DNA of 32,000 bases from NCBI RefSeq assembly GCF_900232105.1, contig NZ_LT934425.1, forward strand, positions 300,001 to 332,000. Reading direction: 5' to 3'. Shown one piece after another: positions 8,815-16,987 of the stretch. The notes beneath the pieces are model-generated. The model had not been told where the DNA came from. It worked only from the letters and a program-made list of their open reading frames with translations, and did not search any database. The first letter of the stretch is position 1. The number at the start of each line of letters is the position of its first letter. Position numbers and translations under genes: made by a program. The DNA is from Candidatus Kuenenia stuttgartensis. Its GTDB lineage: Bacteria > Planctomycetota > Brocadiia > Brocadiales > Brocadiaceae.

Positions 8815-10371
8815 TCATGCCGCCATTTCCGTAAGTGCTTTAATATCAAGGGCTGAAGCGGTCATCAGTGAACAAGAGAACTTCTGGCCTTTCTCCGTCA
8901 AAACATAGCGGTTGGCCCTCGGAACTTTGCGGATTAGACCGTGTGCCCGCAGCATCTTTATCCGTCGGGTCGTTCGTCCGGAATATTTCTTTTGCTGATC
9001 CTTGCCGGATTGTTCGGATTCCCGGTAAAGCCACTTACGCAAATCATGGTTGCGGAATCCATTTATCGCGTTTTCGCCTTTGGACAGGAACATCAGCATC
9101 TGGTAATCATCCTGCTGCCAGGGATTCAAACCTCGATACCTCTTGCCCTCTTTGACAACCTTGTTACAAGCGCTGCTCACCACTTCTTTCAGTTTCTCCT
9201 CTACCTGAGCCGCCGCCAAAGCATCCCCATAACGATCATTGCATTGTTGGCTCACCTCACACCGTCGATGAAGATCGCTTACGCCCTTACGCATCTTCTG
9301 CCATGACGCCGGTTTGCCTTCATCATCATTGGGACTCCGAAAGACCTTAAAGTCCCGCGTATTATTGATCGTTGTCTCAATACGCAAGAGACTACCGCTC
9401 TTGTTATACATCTTCACTGAATTATAATTCACACTGTGCTTGACCCGTATACCTTCATAGCGTCTTCGATAGTCGCTGATAACCTCATCAGGGGCAGCGC
9501 CTGCAAGGTTACGCCTACCCAAATACTTCATCACCGAAGAACTGTCGCAAACCCGCATCGCATGATGAACAAACGATGGAAACAACTCCTCCAATGCCTC
9601 AACCGATTTAAACATGATGTCCGTCGCCCACTCCGTCTCATCCGCAGACCAGTAATACTCCGGTTCCAACGGACGAAGAATCTGCGACAATGCCGGGCAA
9701 CTGCCTAACGCAAGCCCGTTCAGCAGCTTCGCCCAGTCAGTCTTAAGCTGCTCATGGAGCAGAACCTGCGCAGCCGCAATATCCTCTATACGCACAAAAC
9801 AGTTGCCGTCCTTAACATAATCAATACCTTGCTTCTGAAGTTGCCGCTCCAGCCAATGACGACCATTGAGACAAATGAAAATATTAAACGGCGCCCAACT
9901 CTGGATACGAACATGACCAAAACCAAACACTGGATCATTAAAATAATGATACACAAAGACACACTTGCGGGGCGCCATTACCAACTCGAGCTTCTTGCTG
10001 GCCTTGTTGCCCTTGACCATCGGCGCAATACAAGGCTCTACCACACTCAACAGGCAGATGGAACCTTCCGTAATCCTCTTATCCGCCGCGATCTGGCGAG
10101 CCAACTTCTCCTTATCAACACCGCTGCTCATCAAATACCGCACCTCGATACCCAAATCTTTCGCCCGCGATTCACAACTGTCTCGCACCTGTGCCGTAAG
10201 CCCATTGACCCAACCGGAAAAATCCTTAAGCAGAATTCTCGCTTGGTTCATGAATGTTCCCATCCCACGCTCACTGGCCAACCACCGCAATGTCCCGCGA
10301 AAACGAATCCTGTCCAGACCGCTTATTGCACCCACGATCCTGTCTCGATATAATTCCATCAACTTATTCAT
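8815..10371 (-). CDS. Conserved-looking 518-aa protein of unknown function with a basic winged-helix-like C-terminus; possible mobility protein
   Basis: A long uninterrupted ORF with a strong SD (GGAGGA 7 nt upstream). The C-terminal segment RTTRRIKMLRAHGLIRKVPRANRYVLTEKGQKF resembles a wHTH wing. I found no DDE, HUH, Tyr or Ser recombinase motif. It lies inside the putative insertion. Confidence 0.8.
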   Translation of the reverse strand: MNKLMELYRDRIVGAISGLDRIRFRGTLRWLASERGMGTFMNQARILLKDFSGWVNGLTAQVRDSCESRAKDLGIEVRYLMSSGVDKEKLARQIAADKRITEGSICLLSVVEPCIAPMVKGNKASKKLELVMAPRKCVFVYHYFNDPVFGFGHVRIQSWAPFNIFICLNGRHWLERQLQKQGIDYVKDGNCFVRIEDIAAAQVLLHEQLKTDWAKLLNGLALGSCPALSQILRPLEPEYYWSADETEWATDIMFKSVEALEELFPSFVHHAMRVCDSSSVMKYLGRRNLAGAAPDEVISDYRRRYEGIRVKHSVNYNSVKMYNKSGSLLRIETTINNTRDFKVFRSPNDDEGKPASWQKMRKGVSDLHRRCEVSQQCNDRYGDALAAAQVEEKLKEVVSSACNKVVKEGKRYRGLNPWQQDDYQMLMFLSKGENAINGFRNHDLRKWLYRESEQSGKDQQKKYSGRTTRRIKMLRAHGLIRKVPRANRYVLTEKGQKFSCSLMTASALDIKALTEMAA

Positions 10372-10505
10372 AAGTAGTGTCCTCCAAATTGTCTGATTAC
10401 TATTTACGAGGATACTACTATACTTTATAATAAACTAAAAATCACCTTTTTGGTTGCGGCCAAAGGCCGCGCTAGGAAATCTGTGGTTTCAAAGTATTTT
10501 TTTGC

Positions 10506-12485
10506 CTATTTTTCTTCCTTAAACTCCATCGCTCCGCCATACAATGCACTTGCTCCGCCTGTAAGCTGGCTCTGGGAATCGATGAGGAAATTTGCTGATG
10601 TGACAACCCTGTCACCTTCTTCAAGCCCCTCCATCACAGGATAATAATCGCCCGCTTTTGGCCCAAGAATCACTTCCTTCCCAACGTATTGACCGTTGCC
10701 TTTATCAATATAGACAATCTTTCGTACACCCGTATCCAAAACTGCCGTGGCAGGAATGGCAAGCATTTGTGTGATTTTTTCAAGACGCATTCCGCACCTG
10801 GTGCAATTATCAGGTTTATCCGATGTTACTTCAGGATGCATGGGGCAGGTGTAAATGGTACGTTTTCTGTGTTCTGTTTTTTTCACCTTCATTCCCACAC
10901 CTTCCCTAACTTCCCATCTGCCCATTTGCCTTTTACAGTCGGGACATTCACCAGGCTTATCCGAGGTCATGCATGCCATAGGGCACATATAGACATACTT
11001 TTGTATCTTTTCACCAGTGGGCGAAGTTACCGTTATACTCTTCTGAAGCATCATACCACACATAGGACAAGACTTTGGGGAAGTATCAGGGTCCCATTCC
11101 TGCGGACAAATGCACGTCACCGTTTCATCAACAGGCATTTCCTTTTTTTCGAGATGCATACCACATACCGGGCAATCACCCGGTTTGTCAGACACATAAC
11201 AATTCATCGGGCATACATACTCATATTCAGTTTCCCCAATTCCCTCTGTTTTGCCTTCGGCAGTCATTTCAAGCCGCGCCGAGGTTTTTTTTATAAATGG
11301 GACATTATCCTCGGGGCATATACCGGGTCTGCTTGATTTAATTTCAGGATGATTGGGACATACATAATCCAGTCCGCTCACATAGGTTCTGTCTCGTTCC
11401 TCCAGTTCTTCAACAGGTATACGTATGCGGGCATTGACATACATGGCAGGTTTGAGTCTGAGCTGACGGTTAGGAATATCACACCGTATTTTCACAGAAC
11501 GCGTCTTATCGTCAAGAAACGGTTCTATAAACGATACCGTTCCGATAAATGCCTCTCCGGGATATGCAGGAGTTGTGACTTCCACCTCCTGTCCAACCTT
11601 TATCCACGCCATTTCATACTCATAAATGTTGGCCATCATCCAAACCTTGGAAAGATCGGCAAGGGTGTATATCATCTCGCCCGTCATAACATATTGCCCT
11701 TCCAGCATCTTCTTCTCTATGACAATACCGCTTATCGGGGCATAGATGATCGTATGTTGTTTTATTTTTCTGTTTCTTGCAAGTTCTTCAATCTGTCTTT
11801 CACTAATACCCCACCATAACAACCTTTTTTTGGTTGCATCTATGAGAGATATTGTGCCGTCCACCACTTCCTTAAAAGGGCTATTCTCTACTTTTTCAAA
11901 GGTTTCCAGCGCCAACAGATACTCTTTCTGTGTAGATACCAGATCAGGACTATACATCCATACCAATGACTCGCCTTTCACTACCTCTGTACCGGTGAAA
12001 TCAATAAACAGTTTGTCTATCCTGCCAGGAATCCATGCGGAAACAACCGCTTTAAGCCGTTCATCGTATTCAATCAATCCAACCGTATAAACATCTTTAG
12101 TTAACGACCGGAATCCGATAACGTCAGTTTTAACCTGTGCCAGTTTACGGGCGCGTTCACTTAATTCTACGGAGGCTAATGCACCTTCTTCCTCCATACC
12201 TGCACCTTTTTCGTATACAGGAACTAAATCCATGGCGCAAATAGGGCATTTTCCTGGTTTATCCATCCTGACGGAAGGATGCATCCCGCATGTCCAGTAG
12301 ATTATCTTCTTTTCTTTTGTTTCTTCAGCATTTGCGGAAGAAATAAAATTTATCCCATCCTGTAGAGACGCATTGCAATATGTCTCTACATAATTGGATA
12401 TTTGTATACCAGAAAGAACACTAAGTATGACAGTGACTATTATTATAAAATATCTCAAGGAAAGAAATTTTTGTTTAAACAACAT
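10506..12485 (-). CDS. cusB: CusB-like RND periplasmic adaptor (membrane fusion protein) carrying six HMBD-like modules
   Basis: The ORF track starts at TTG 12503. I prefer ATG 12485 (MLFKQKFLSLRYFIIIVTVILSV, a TM anchor). The MFP core is present (barrel-sandwich, hairpin and beta-barrel sequence, then LAIPATAVLDTGVRKIVYIDKGNGQY...VTSANFLIDSQSQL). HMBD modules: IYWTCGMHPSVRMDKPGKCPICAMDL; YVCPNHPEIKSSRPGICPEDN (degenerate); YVCPMNCYVSDKPGDCPVCGMHL; CICPQEWDPDTSPKSCPMCGMML; YMCPMACMTSDKPGECPDCKRQM; YTCPMHPEVTSDKPDNCTRCGMRL. Confidence 0.9.
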   Translation of the reverse strand: MLFKQKFLSLRYFIIIVTVILSVLSGIQISNYVETYCNASLQDGINFISSANAEETKEKKIIYWTCGMHPSVRMDKPGKCPICAMDLVPVYEKGAGMEEEGALASVELSERARKLAQVKTDVIGFRSLTKDVYTVGLIEYDERLKAVVSAWIPGRIDKLFIDFTGTEVVKGESLVWMYSPDLVSTQKEYLLALETFEKVENSPFKEVVDGTISLIDATKKRLLWWGISERQIEELARNRKIKQHTIIYAPISGIVIEKKMLEGQYVMTGEMIYTLADLSKVWMMANIYEYEMAWIKVGQEVEVTTPAYPGEAFIGTVSFIEPFLDDKTRSVKIRCDIPNRQLRLKPAMYVNARIRIPVEELEERDRTYVSGLDYVCPNHPEIKSSRPGICPEDNVPFIKKTSARLEMTAEGKTEGIGETEYEYVCPMNCYVSDKPGDCPVCGMHLEKKEMPVDETVTCICPQEWDPDTSPKSCPMCGMMLQKSITVTSPTGEKIQKYVYMCPMACMTSDKPGECPDCKRQMGRWEVREGVGMKVKKTEHRKRTIYTCPMHPEVTSDKPDNCTRCGMRLEKITQMLAIPATAVLDTGVRKIVYIDKGNGQYVGKEVILGPKAGDYYPVMEGLEEGDRVVTSANFLIDSQSQLTGGASALYGGAMEFKEEK

Positions 12486-12554
12486 AATTATCGCACCTTT
12501 CAAAATATAGCGTAATGAAGTAATGATTTTGCCTTAAACTTTTAGAGTAAAAAC

Positions 12555-13142
12555 CTATTTTTGAAACCGCTCTTGTTTTTTTTCACAAATTGGACAGGCC
12601 AGAAAGTCTATATCGCATGTCTTGCAATGCTGAATAAGCCATTCCTGCGACTTCATCCTGCAATCCCGGCATTTCATTTTCCAGGTTGCCAATGCCTTTC
12701 CCTTCACATATCTTGAGAGTACCTTTTTGCACTTGGGGCACTTGCCTATCATTGTTTCGGCTTTTAAACCAGCGGATGCCTTTTGACACGCTGTGCATAC
12801 AAGAACGTCTTTTCCACACTTGTCACAATGATGGACTTCGAGTGCTGATACTTCACTTTTGCAGTCAGGGCAAACCATACTTTTTGCGGCAAGTGCCTTT
12901 TCTTTCTCCGGACTTACATACACTTTCTCACAAAAAGGGCACATGGGTGGCTCTGTGGTTGAATGCTCAGCCAGCGGGTCGTTTTCACTGTGTTTGTGCG
13001 CTACCTCGCCAGCATACATCAGATTACCTCCCCACAGAAGTAGATACATAATTACCGGCGCAACTGTTTTTATAAATTTCTTACAAACCATGGTATCACC
13101 ACTTTTCATTAAAAGATTACTAATTCTTTTCCCTTTTACCAT
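12555..13142 (-). CDS. Secreted cysteine-rich protein with two tandem 4xCxxC (double zinc-ribbon-like) units
   Basis: 195 aa. ATG 13142 is preceded by GGAGGT at 8-nt spacing and overlaps the ATPase 3' end by 23 nt. The hydrophobic leader is VAPVIMYLLLWGGNLMYA. Unit A is MCPFCEKVYVSPEKEKALAAKSMVCPDCKSEVSALEVHHCDKCGKDVLVCTACQK. Unit B is KCPKCKKVLSRYVKGKALATWKMKCRDCRMKSQEWLIQHCKTCDIDFLACPICEK. Confidence 0.8.
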   Translation of the reverse strand: MVKGKRISNLLMKSGDTMVCKKFIKTVAPVIMYLLLWGGNLMYAGEVAHKHSENDPLAEHSTTEPPMCPFCEKVYVSPEKEKALAAKSMVCPDCKSEVSALEVHHCDKCGKDVLVCTACQKASAGLKAETMIGKCPKCKKVLSRYVKGKALATWKMKCRDCRMKSQEWLIQHCKTCDIDFLACPICEKKQERFQK

Positions 13143-15876
13143 ATTTAACTACCTCCATGATAATGAAGGTAAGAGAAGAAAAACCAAAGACGGTAATCCA
13201 ATCAATTAACTCCAGCGGTCTTACTCTGAAAATATCTTCGAAGAAAGGGGTATAGACGATAGCCACCTGTATGGCCAACGAAATCCCCGCTGCCAGCAGG
13301 AGTTTATTATTGGTAAAAACACCAATTTCAAATAAGGAACGTCTTGCATTCCTGCAGTTAAAAGAGTGAAATAATTGTGAGACGACCATCACACAGAAGG
13401 CAATTGTTCTGGCCAGCTCGATATCCCCACGCAACAGGTGAGGAGCCGCTTCATTACAAAACCAGTGGTAAAGATAGTCAGGTATTGCACGGGTTCCATA
13501 GTACAGGACATACGTATATGCCAGAAGGGTACTCATGGCAATGAGAAAACCCTGAAATAGAATCAGGATACCTAGACGCTTGTCTATGATTTGTTCTGTT
13601 GACCTTCTTGCCAGTCTTTTCATAATGTCAGGATCTACCGTATCGACACCCAAGGCCAATGCCGGCAGACCATCGGTGGCAATATTTATCCATAATATCT
13701 GGATAGGGAATAGGGGGATAGGAAGATTGAATATCGATGCGAGGAGCATTGTCAAAATCTCACCGGTATTACACGAGAGCAGATAGTGGATGGACTTCTT
13801 AATGTTGTCATAAATACCTCGTCCCTCTTCAATGGCTGCCTCTATGGAAGCAAAATTGTCATCCGTTATAACCATATCGGACGCCTCTTTTGTGACATCG
13901 GTTCCTGTAATACCCATGGCTACGCCGATGTTTGCTTCTTTTACAGCAGGGGCGTCATTTACGCCGTCACCGGTCATGGCCACAACGTCTCCCTGTTTCT
14001 TCCATGCCTTTACAATCCTGAGTTTGTGTTCAGCAGTTACACGTGCATATACGGCTATCTTTGACACTTCTTTTGCTAAATCGTCATCGGAAAGCGCATC
14101 TAACTCTATTCCATCAATAGCCTTTGAGGAATTGCTGCTAAGAAATCCCAGCTCTTCCCCAATAGCCCGGGCTGTATTCTTGTGATCACCCGTAATCATG
14201 ACCGTCTTTATACCGGCTGTATGACAAACGGCAACGGCTTCTTTGACCTCTGGTCTGGGTGGGTCAATCATGGCTAATAGTCCCACAAAGATCATCTCTC
14301 TTTCTACTGTGTCAGGGACAGGGTTGGTGATTTCCCGGTCAAGAGGCTTGTATGCCACACCGAGGACGCGCAGGGCAGACCCTGCCAAATTATTGTTTTC
14401 CTCCAAAATGACCTGTATATCGTTTTCTGTCAAATCCCTTGTCGTTCCATCATGATAAATCTTTGTACAATCCTGTAAGATTACATCAGGCGCACCTTTT
14501 TCACATACCTGTAAAGCAGGGGAGGTACCTCTTATTGTAGACATCTTCTTTCGTTCTGAATCAAAAGGAATTTCTGAAATGAGGGGGAATTGTTTATCCA
14601 ACATTTCCTTCCAGATACCTGTCTTTCCTGCTGCACTTAAGATGGCGCCCTCTGTAGGGTCGCCAATAACCTTCCATGTAGCGTCTTCTTTTTTAAGGTG
14701 GGTATTGTTACATAACACACCTATTTCCAGTGTCTTTTCGAGTGCTTTCTGGTCAATTCCCAGAAGAGATTCTCCGTTGACAAGAAAATTTCCATCCGGC
14801 ATGTAACCCGTCCCCGATACGTCAATGGTTTTACCATTGGCAAATATCTTTCTTACGGTCATCTCGTTTTGTGTTAAAGTGCCTGTTTTGTCTGAGCAAA
14901 TAACTGTAGCACATCCCAAAGTTTCTACTGATGGAAGCTTTCGGATCAGTACGTGCCGTTTCACCATGCGTTGCACCCCTAAGGCTAAGGCAATAGTCAC
15001 GATTGCTGGAAGACCTTCCGGAATGGCAGCCACGGCAAGGCTCACAGATATGAGGAATGCCTCTAATAATGGATCCTTTCTACACAACTCCAAAAGGAAT
15101 ACGATTGTTACGATCCCCAAACACAAATAAACCAATTTTTTCCCAAACACCTCGAGCTTTCGCTGAAGGGGGGTCTCTTCCTTCCCTGCCTCCTGAATGA
15201 GACCGGCAATCTTGCCCAACTCTGTGTGCATTCCCGTTGTTACAATAACGCACGTCCCTTTACCACTCGTTACCGAGGTCCCCATAAATACCATATTTTT
15301 CTGATCGGCAATGGGTAAAGAAGGATTGGGGAGTGGTTCAGTGGACTTACCAACCGGCGTTGACTCTCCTGTAAGAGAAGCCTCTTGGGTCATAAAACTA
15401 AAGGAAGAGCATAGTCTGCCATCAGCAGGGACGTAATCACCTGCCTCCAACAATACAATATCTCCCGGCACAATATCCCGGGAGGGGATGGATTGTATTT
15501 CGCCGTTCCGTGTTACCCTTGAAAAGGGTGCAGACATTTTTTGTAAGGCCTCAAGTGATTTCTCCGCGCGGTATTCCTGTATGAACCCAATAATCGCATT
15601 AATAATAACGATAGCAATAATGGCTAACGCATCGATCCATTCCCTCAAAACTCCGGAGACTATGGCGGCAGCAATCAATACCCAGACAATAAAGTTATTA
15701 AACTGCCCCAAAAAGAGGATGAAGGGAGATACACCTTTTTTTTCTTCCAGTTGATTGTATCCGTATTTCTTTAGCCTGTTTTCCGTTTCGTTAAGGCTAA
15801 GTCCGGCGTCAACCGAAGTATCAAGGTTCTTTATTACCTCATTGGCATGCATTGTATGCCACTGTAATTCAGTCAT
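13120..15876 (-). CDS. P-type cation-transporting ATPase, P2 (SERCA/PMCA-like, Ca2+/cation) subtype
   Basis: 918 aa. Motifs present: CSDKTGTLT phosphorylation site, TGDGVNDAPA, TM4 IPEGLPA, and TM6 WINIATDGLPALALG. There is no N-terminal CxxC metal-binding domain and no CPC motif, so it is not a P1B copper pump. Confidence 0.9.
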   Translation of the reverse strand: MTELQWHTMHANEVIKNLDTSVDAGLSLNETENRLKKYGYNQLEEKKGVSPFILFLGQFNNFIVWVLIAAAIVSGVLREWIDALAIIAIVIINAIIGFIQEYRAEKSLEALQKMSAPFSRVTRNGEIQSIPSRDIVPGDIVLLEAGDYVPADGRLCSSFSFMTQEASLTGESTPVGKSTEPLPNPSLPIADQKNMVFMGTSVTSGKGTCVIVTTGMHTELGKIAGLIQEAGKEETPLQRKLEVFGKKLVYLCLGIVTIVFLLELCRKDPLLEAFLISVSLAVAAIPEGLPAIVTIALALGVQRMVKRHVLIRKLPSVETLGCATVICSDKTGTLTQNEMTVRKIFANGKTIDVSGTGYMPDGNFLVNGESLLGIDQKALEKTLEIGVLCNNTHLKKEDATWKVIGDPTEGAILSAAGKTGIWKEMLDKQFPLISEIPFDSERKKMSTIRGTSPALQVCEKGAPDVILQDCTKIYHDGTTRDLTENDIQVILEENNNLAGSALRVLGVAYKPLDREITNPVPDTVEREMIFVGLLAMIDPPRPEVKEAVAVCHTAGIKTVMITGDHKNTARAIGEELGFLSSNSSKAIDGIELDALSDDDLAKEVSKIAVYARVTAEHKLRIVKAWKKQGDVVAMTGDGVNDAPAVKEANIGVAMGITGTDVTKEASDMVITDDNFASIEAAIEEGRGIYDNIKKSIHYLLSCNTGEILTMLLASIFNLPIPLFPIQILWINIATDGLPALALGVDTVDPDIMKRLARRSTEQIIDKRLGILILFQGFLIAMSTLLAYTYVLYYGTRAIPDYLYHWFCNEAAPHLLRGDIELARTIAFCVMVVSQLFHSFNCRNARRSLFEIGVFTNNKLLLAAGISLAIQVAIVYTPFFEDIFRVRPLELIDWITVFGFSSLTFIIMEVVKYGKREKN

Positions 15877-15900
15877 TTCGTTTTAGCCTCTCGCATTATC

Positions 15901-16812
15901 TCATGTCTTATACTGCATTTTTAATCTTTTCCTGTAATTCACACAGGGATGGCTTTCACTTGTTTCGCACAGATGCTTGTCTTCCTCGTTGTCTTTATAT
16001 AATCTTTGTATGCACACTTCGAGAGGCGACTCTGACACACTATATTTGTCAGACGGCAACAATATACACGATGCTGTATAACCTTCCGGATTAATATGGA
16101 TGAATTCACTTCCCGCCTTCCTGCTACAGTCCAAGAGACGGCCATCATTTGGAAGATGCAGTAAGTAGGTATTCGTTCTTTCTTTCAGATTTAAAAACCA
16201 TTGCCTAAATAAAGTCCGTTGTTGTGTTGATAGGGATAGCCCGTAATCATGCGATCTGCCAGTCGGTATATATTCTATAAATAATCCTAACTTGGCGCCA
16301 AAAGGGTACTTTTCCAAAAATGCCTCTTCTACTTGAATTAATTCAACATTCTCTGCTGTAACCGTGATAGAAAAACCATAGAGTATTTTATTGTTTTTCA
16401 GATTTGCAAAGGCATTCATAACATTATGATAGACACCAGCGCCCCGTCGTTTATCAGTCTCTCTTAAATCTCCTTCCAAACTAATTACCGGAATTATATG
16501 CGGTAATCCGGACAACTTTTTTGCAACAGCTTCAGAAATCATAGTCCCATTCGTTATCAGGATAAAAAAACTATTCTTATGGCCGCTTAAAATCTCCATG
16601 AGATTTGGATATAGCATAGGCTCGCCACCCGTAAGCATAAAAATGAAACTACCCAATGATTCAGCTTGTAAAAGAATATTTTCTAACATTTCTCCCGGCA
16701 AAATTTTTTTTTCCTTATAGATCCTGGCATAACAATGATCACAGGCAAGATTGCAATCAGAGAGAAGACTTATAAAAATAGTATGAGGGATGGGATTGCC
16801 ATTATTATCCAT
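15901..16812 (-). CDS. Radical SAM protein with a twitch/SPASM-like C-terminal Cys motif
   Basis: 303 aa. CNLACDHC is the CxxxCxxC motif, GGEP is present, and the C-terminal CSRKAGSEFIHINPEGYTASC fits C-x14-G-x4-C and is followed by 3 more Cys. The start is uncertain: there is no SD, and the frame stays open upstream. Confidence 0.85.
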   Translation of the reverse strand: MDNNGNPIPHTIFISLLSDCNLACDHCYARIYKEKKILPGEMLENILLQAESLGSFIFMLTGGEPMLYPNLMEILSGHKNSFFILITNGTMISEAVAKKLSGLPHIIPVISLEGDLRETDKRRGAGVYHNVMNAFANLKNNKILYGFSITVTAENVELIQVEEAFLEKYPFGAKLGLFIEYIPTGRSHDYGLSLSTQQRTLFRQWFLNLKERTNTYLLHLPNDGRLLDCSRKAGSEFIHINPEGYTASCILLPSDKYSVSESPLEVCIQRLYKDNEEDKHLCETSESHPCVNYRKRLKMQYKT

Positions 16813-16987
16813 CAGTTTATATTTCTTCTTTATCTTTTTATAAAAATTCCATAATACCCCCAGGTATCCGGGAAAAGTAAATACCCATGGTAAAAAGGCC
16901 TTCCTGAAAATGCGAAGAATATATTCATTACTATTGTTACTGGAAGATAGGGGGCATTATATTATTTATTTTTATAAATATTTAAAT

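Larger units (their letters stand above)
8242..10490. mobile_element. Candidate 2.25 kb insertion filling the cusB-cusA intergenic gap, bounded by a 10-bp inverted repeat
   Basis: gaaaccacag (8242-8251, 8 nt from the cusA start codon) and ctgtggtttc (10481-10490, 15 nt from the cusB stop codon) are perfect reverse complements. The interior carries the 518-aa ORF and a frameshifted GxxExxY gene. No target-site duplication was seen. Confidence 0.5.

Noticed and set aside
9754-10396. 199-aa and 143-aa plus-strand ORFs
   Set aside because: They are antisense shadows of the 518-aa minus-strand ORF. They have no SD and no recognisable motifs.
10456-10470. gcggcc-aaa-ggccgc hairpin as the cusB terminator
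   Set aside because: The 6-bp stem has no U-run on either strand and lies inside the putative insertion. It is insufficient to call an intrinsic terminator.
10689-11336. 215-aa plus-strand ORF rich in His, Arg and Cys
   Set aside because: It is antisense to the HMBD array of the adaptor gene. Its composition mirrors the Cys/Pro/Gly codons of the real gene.
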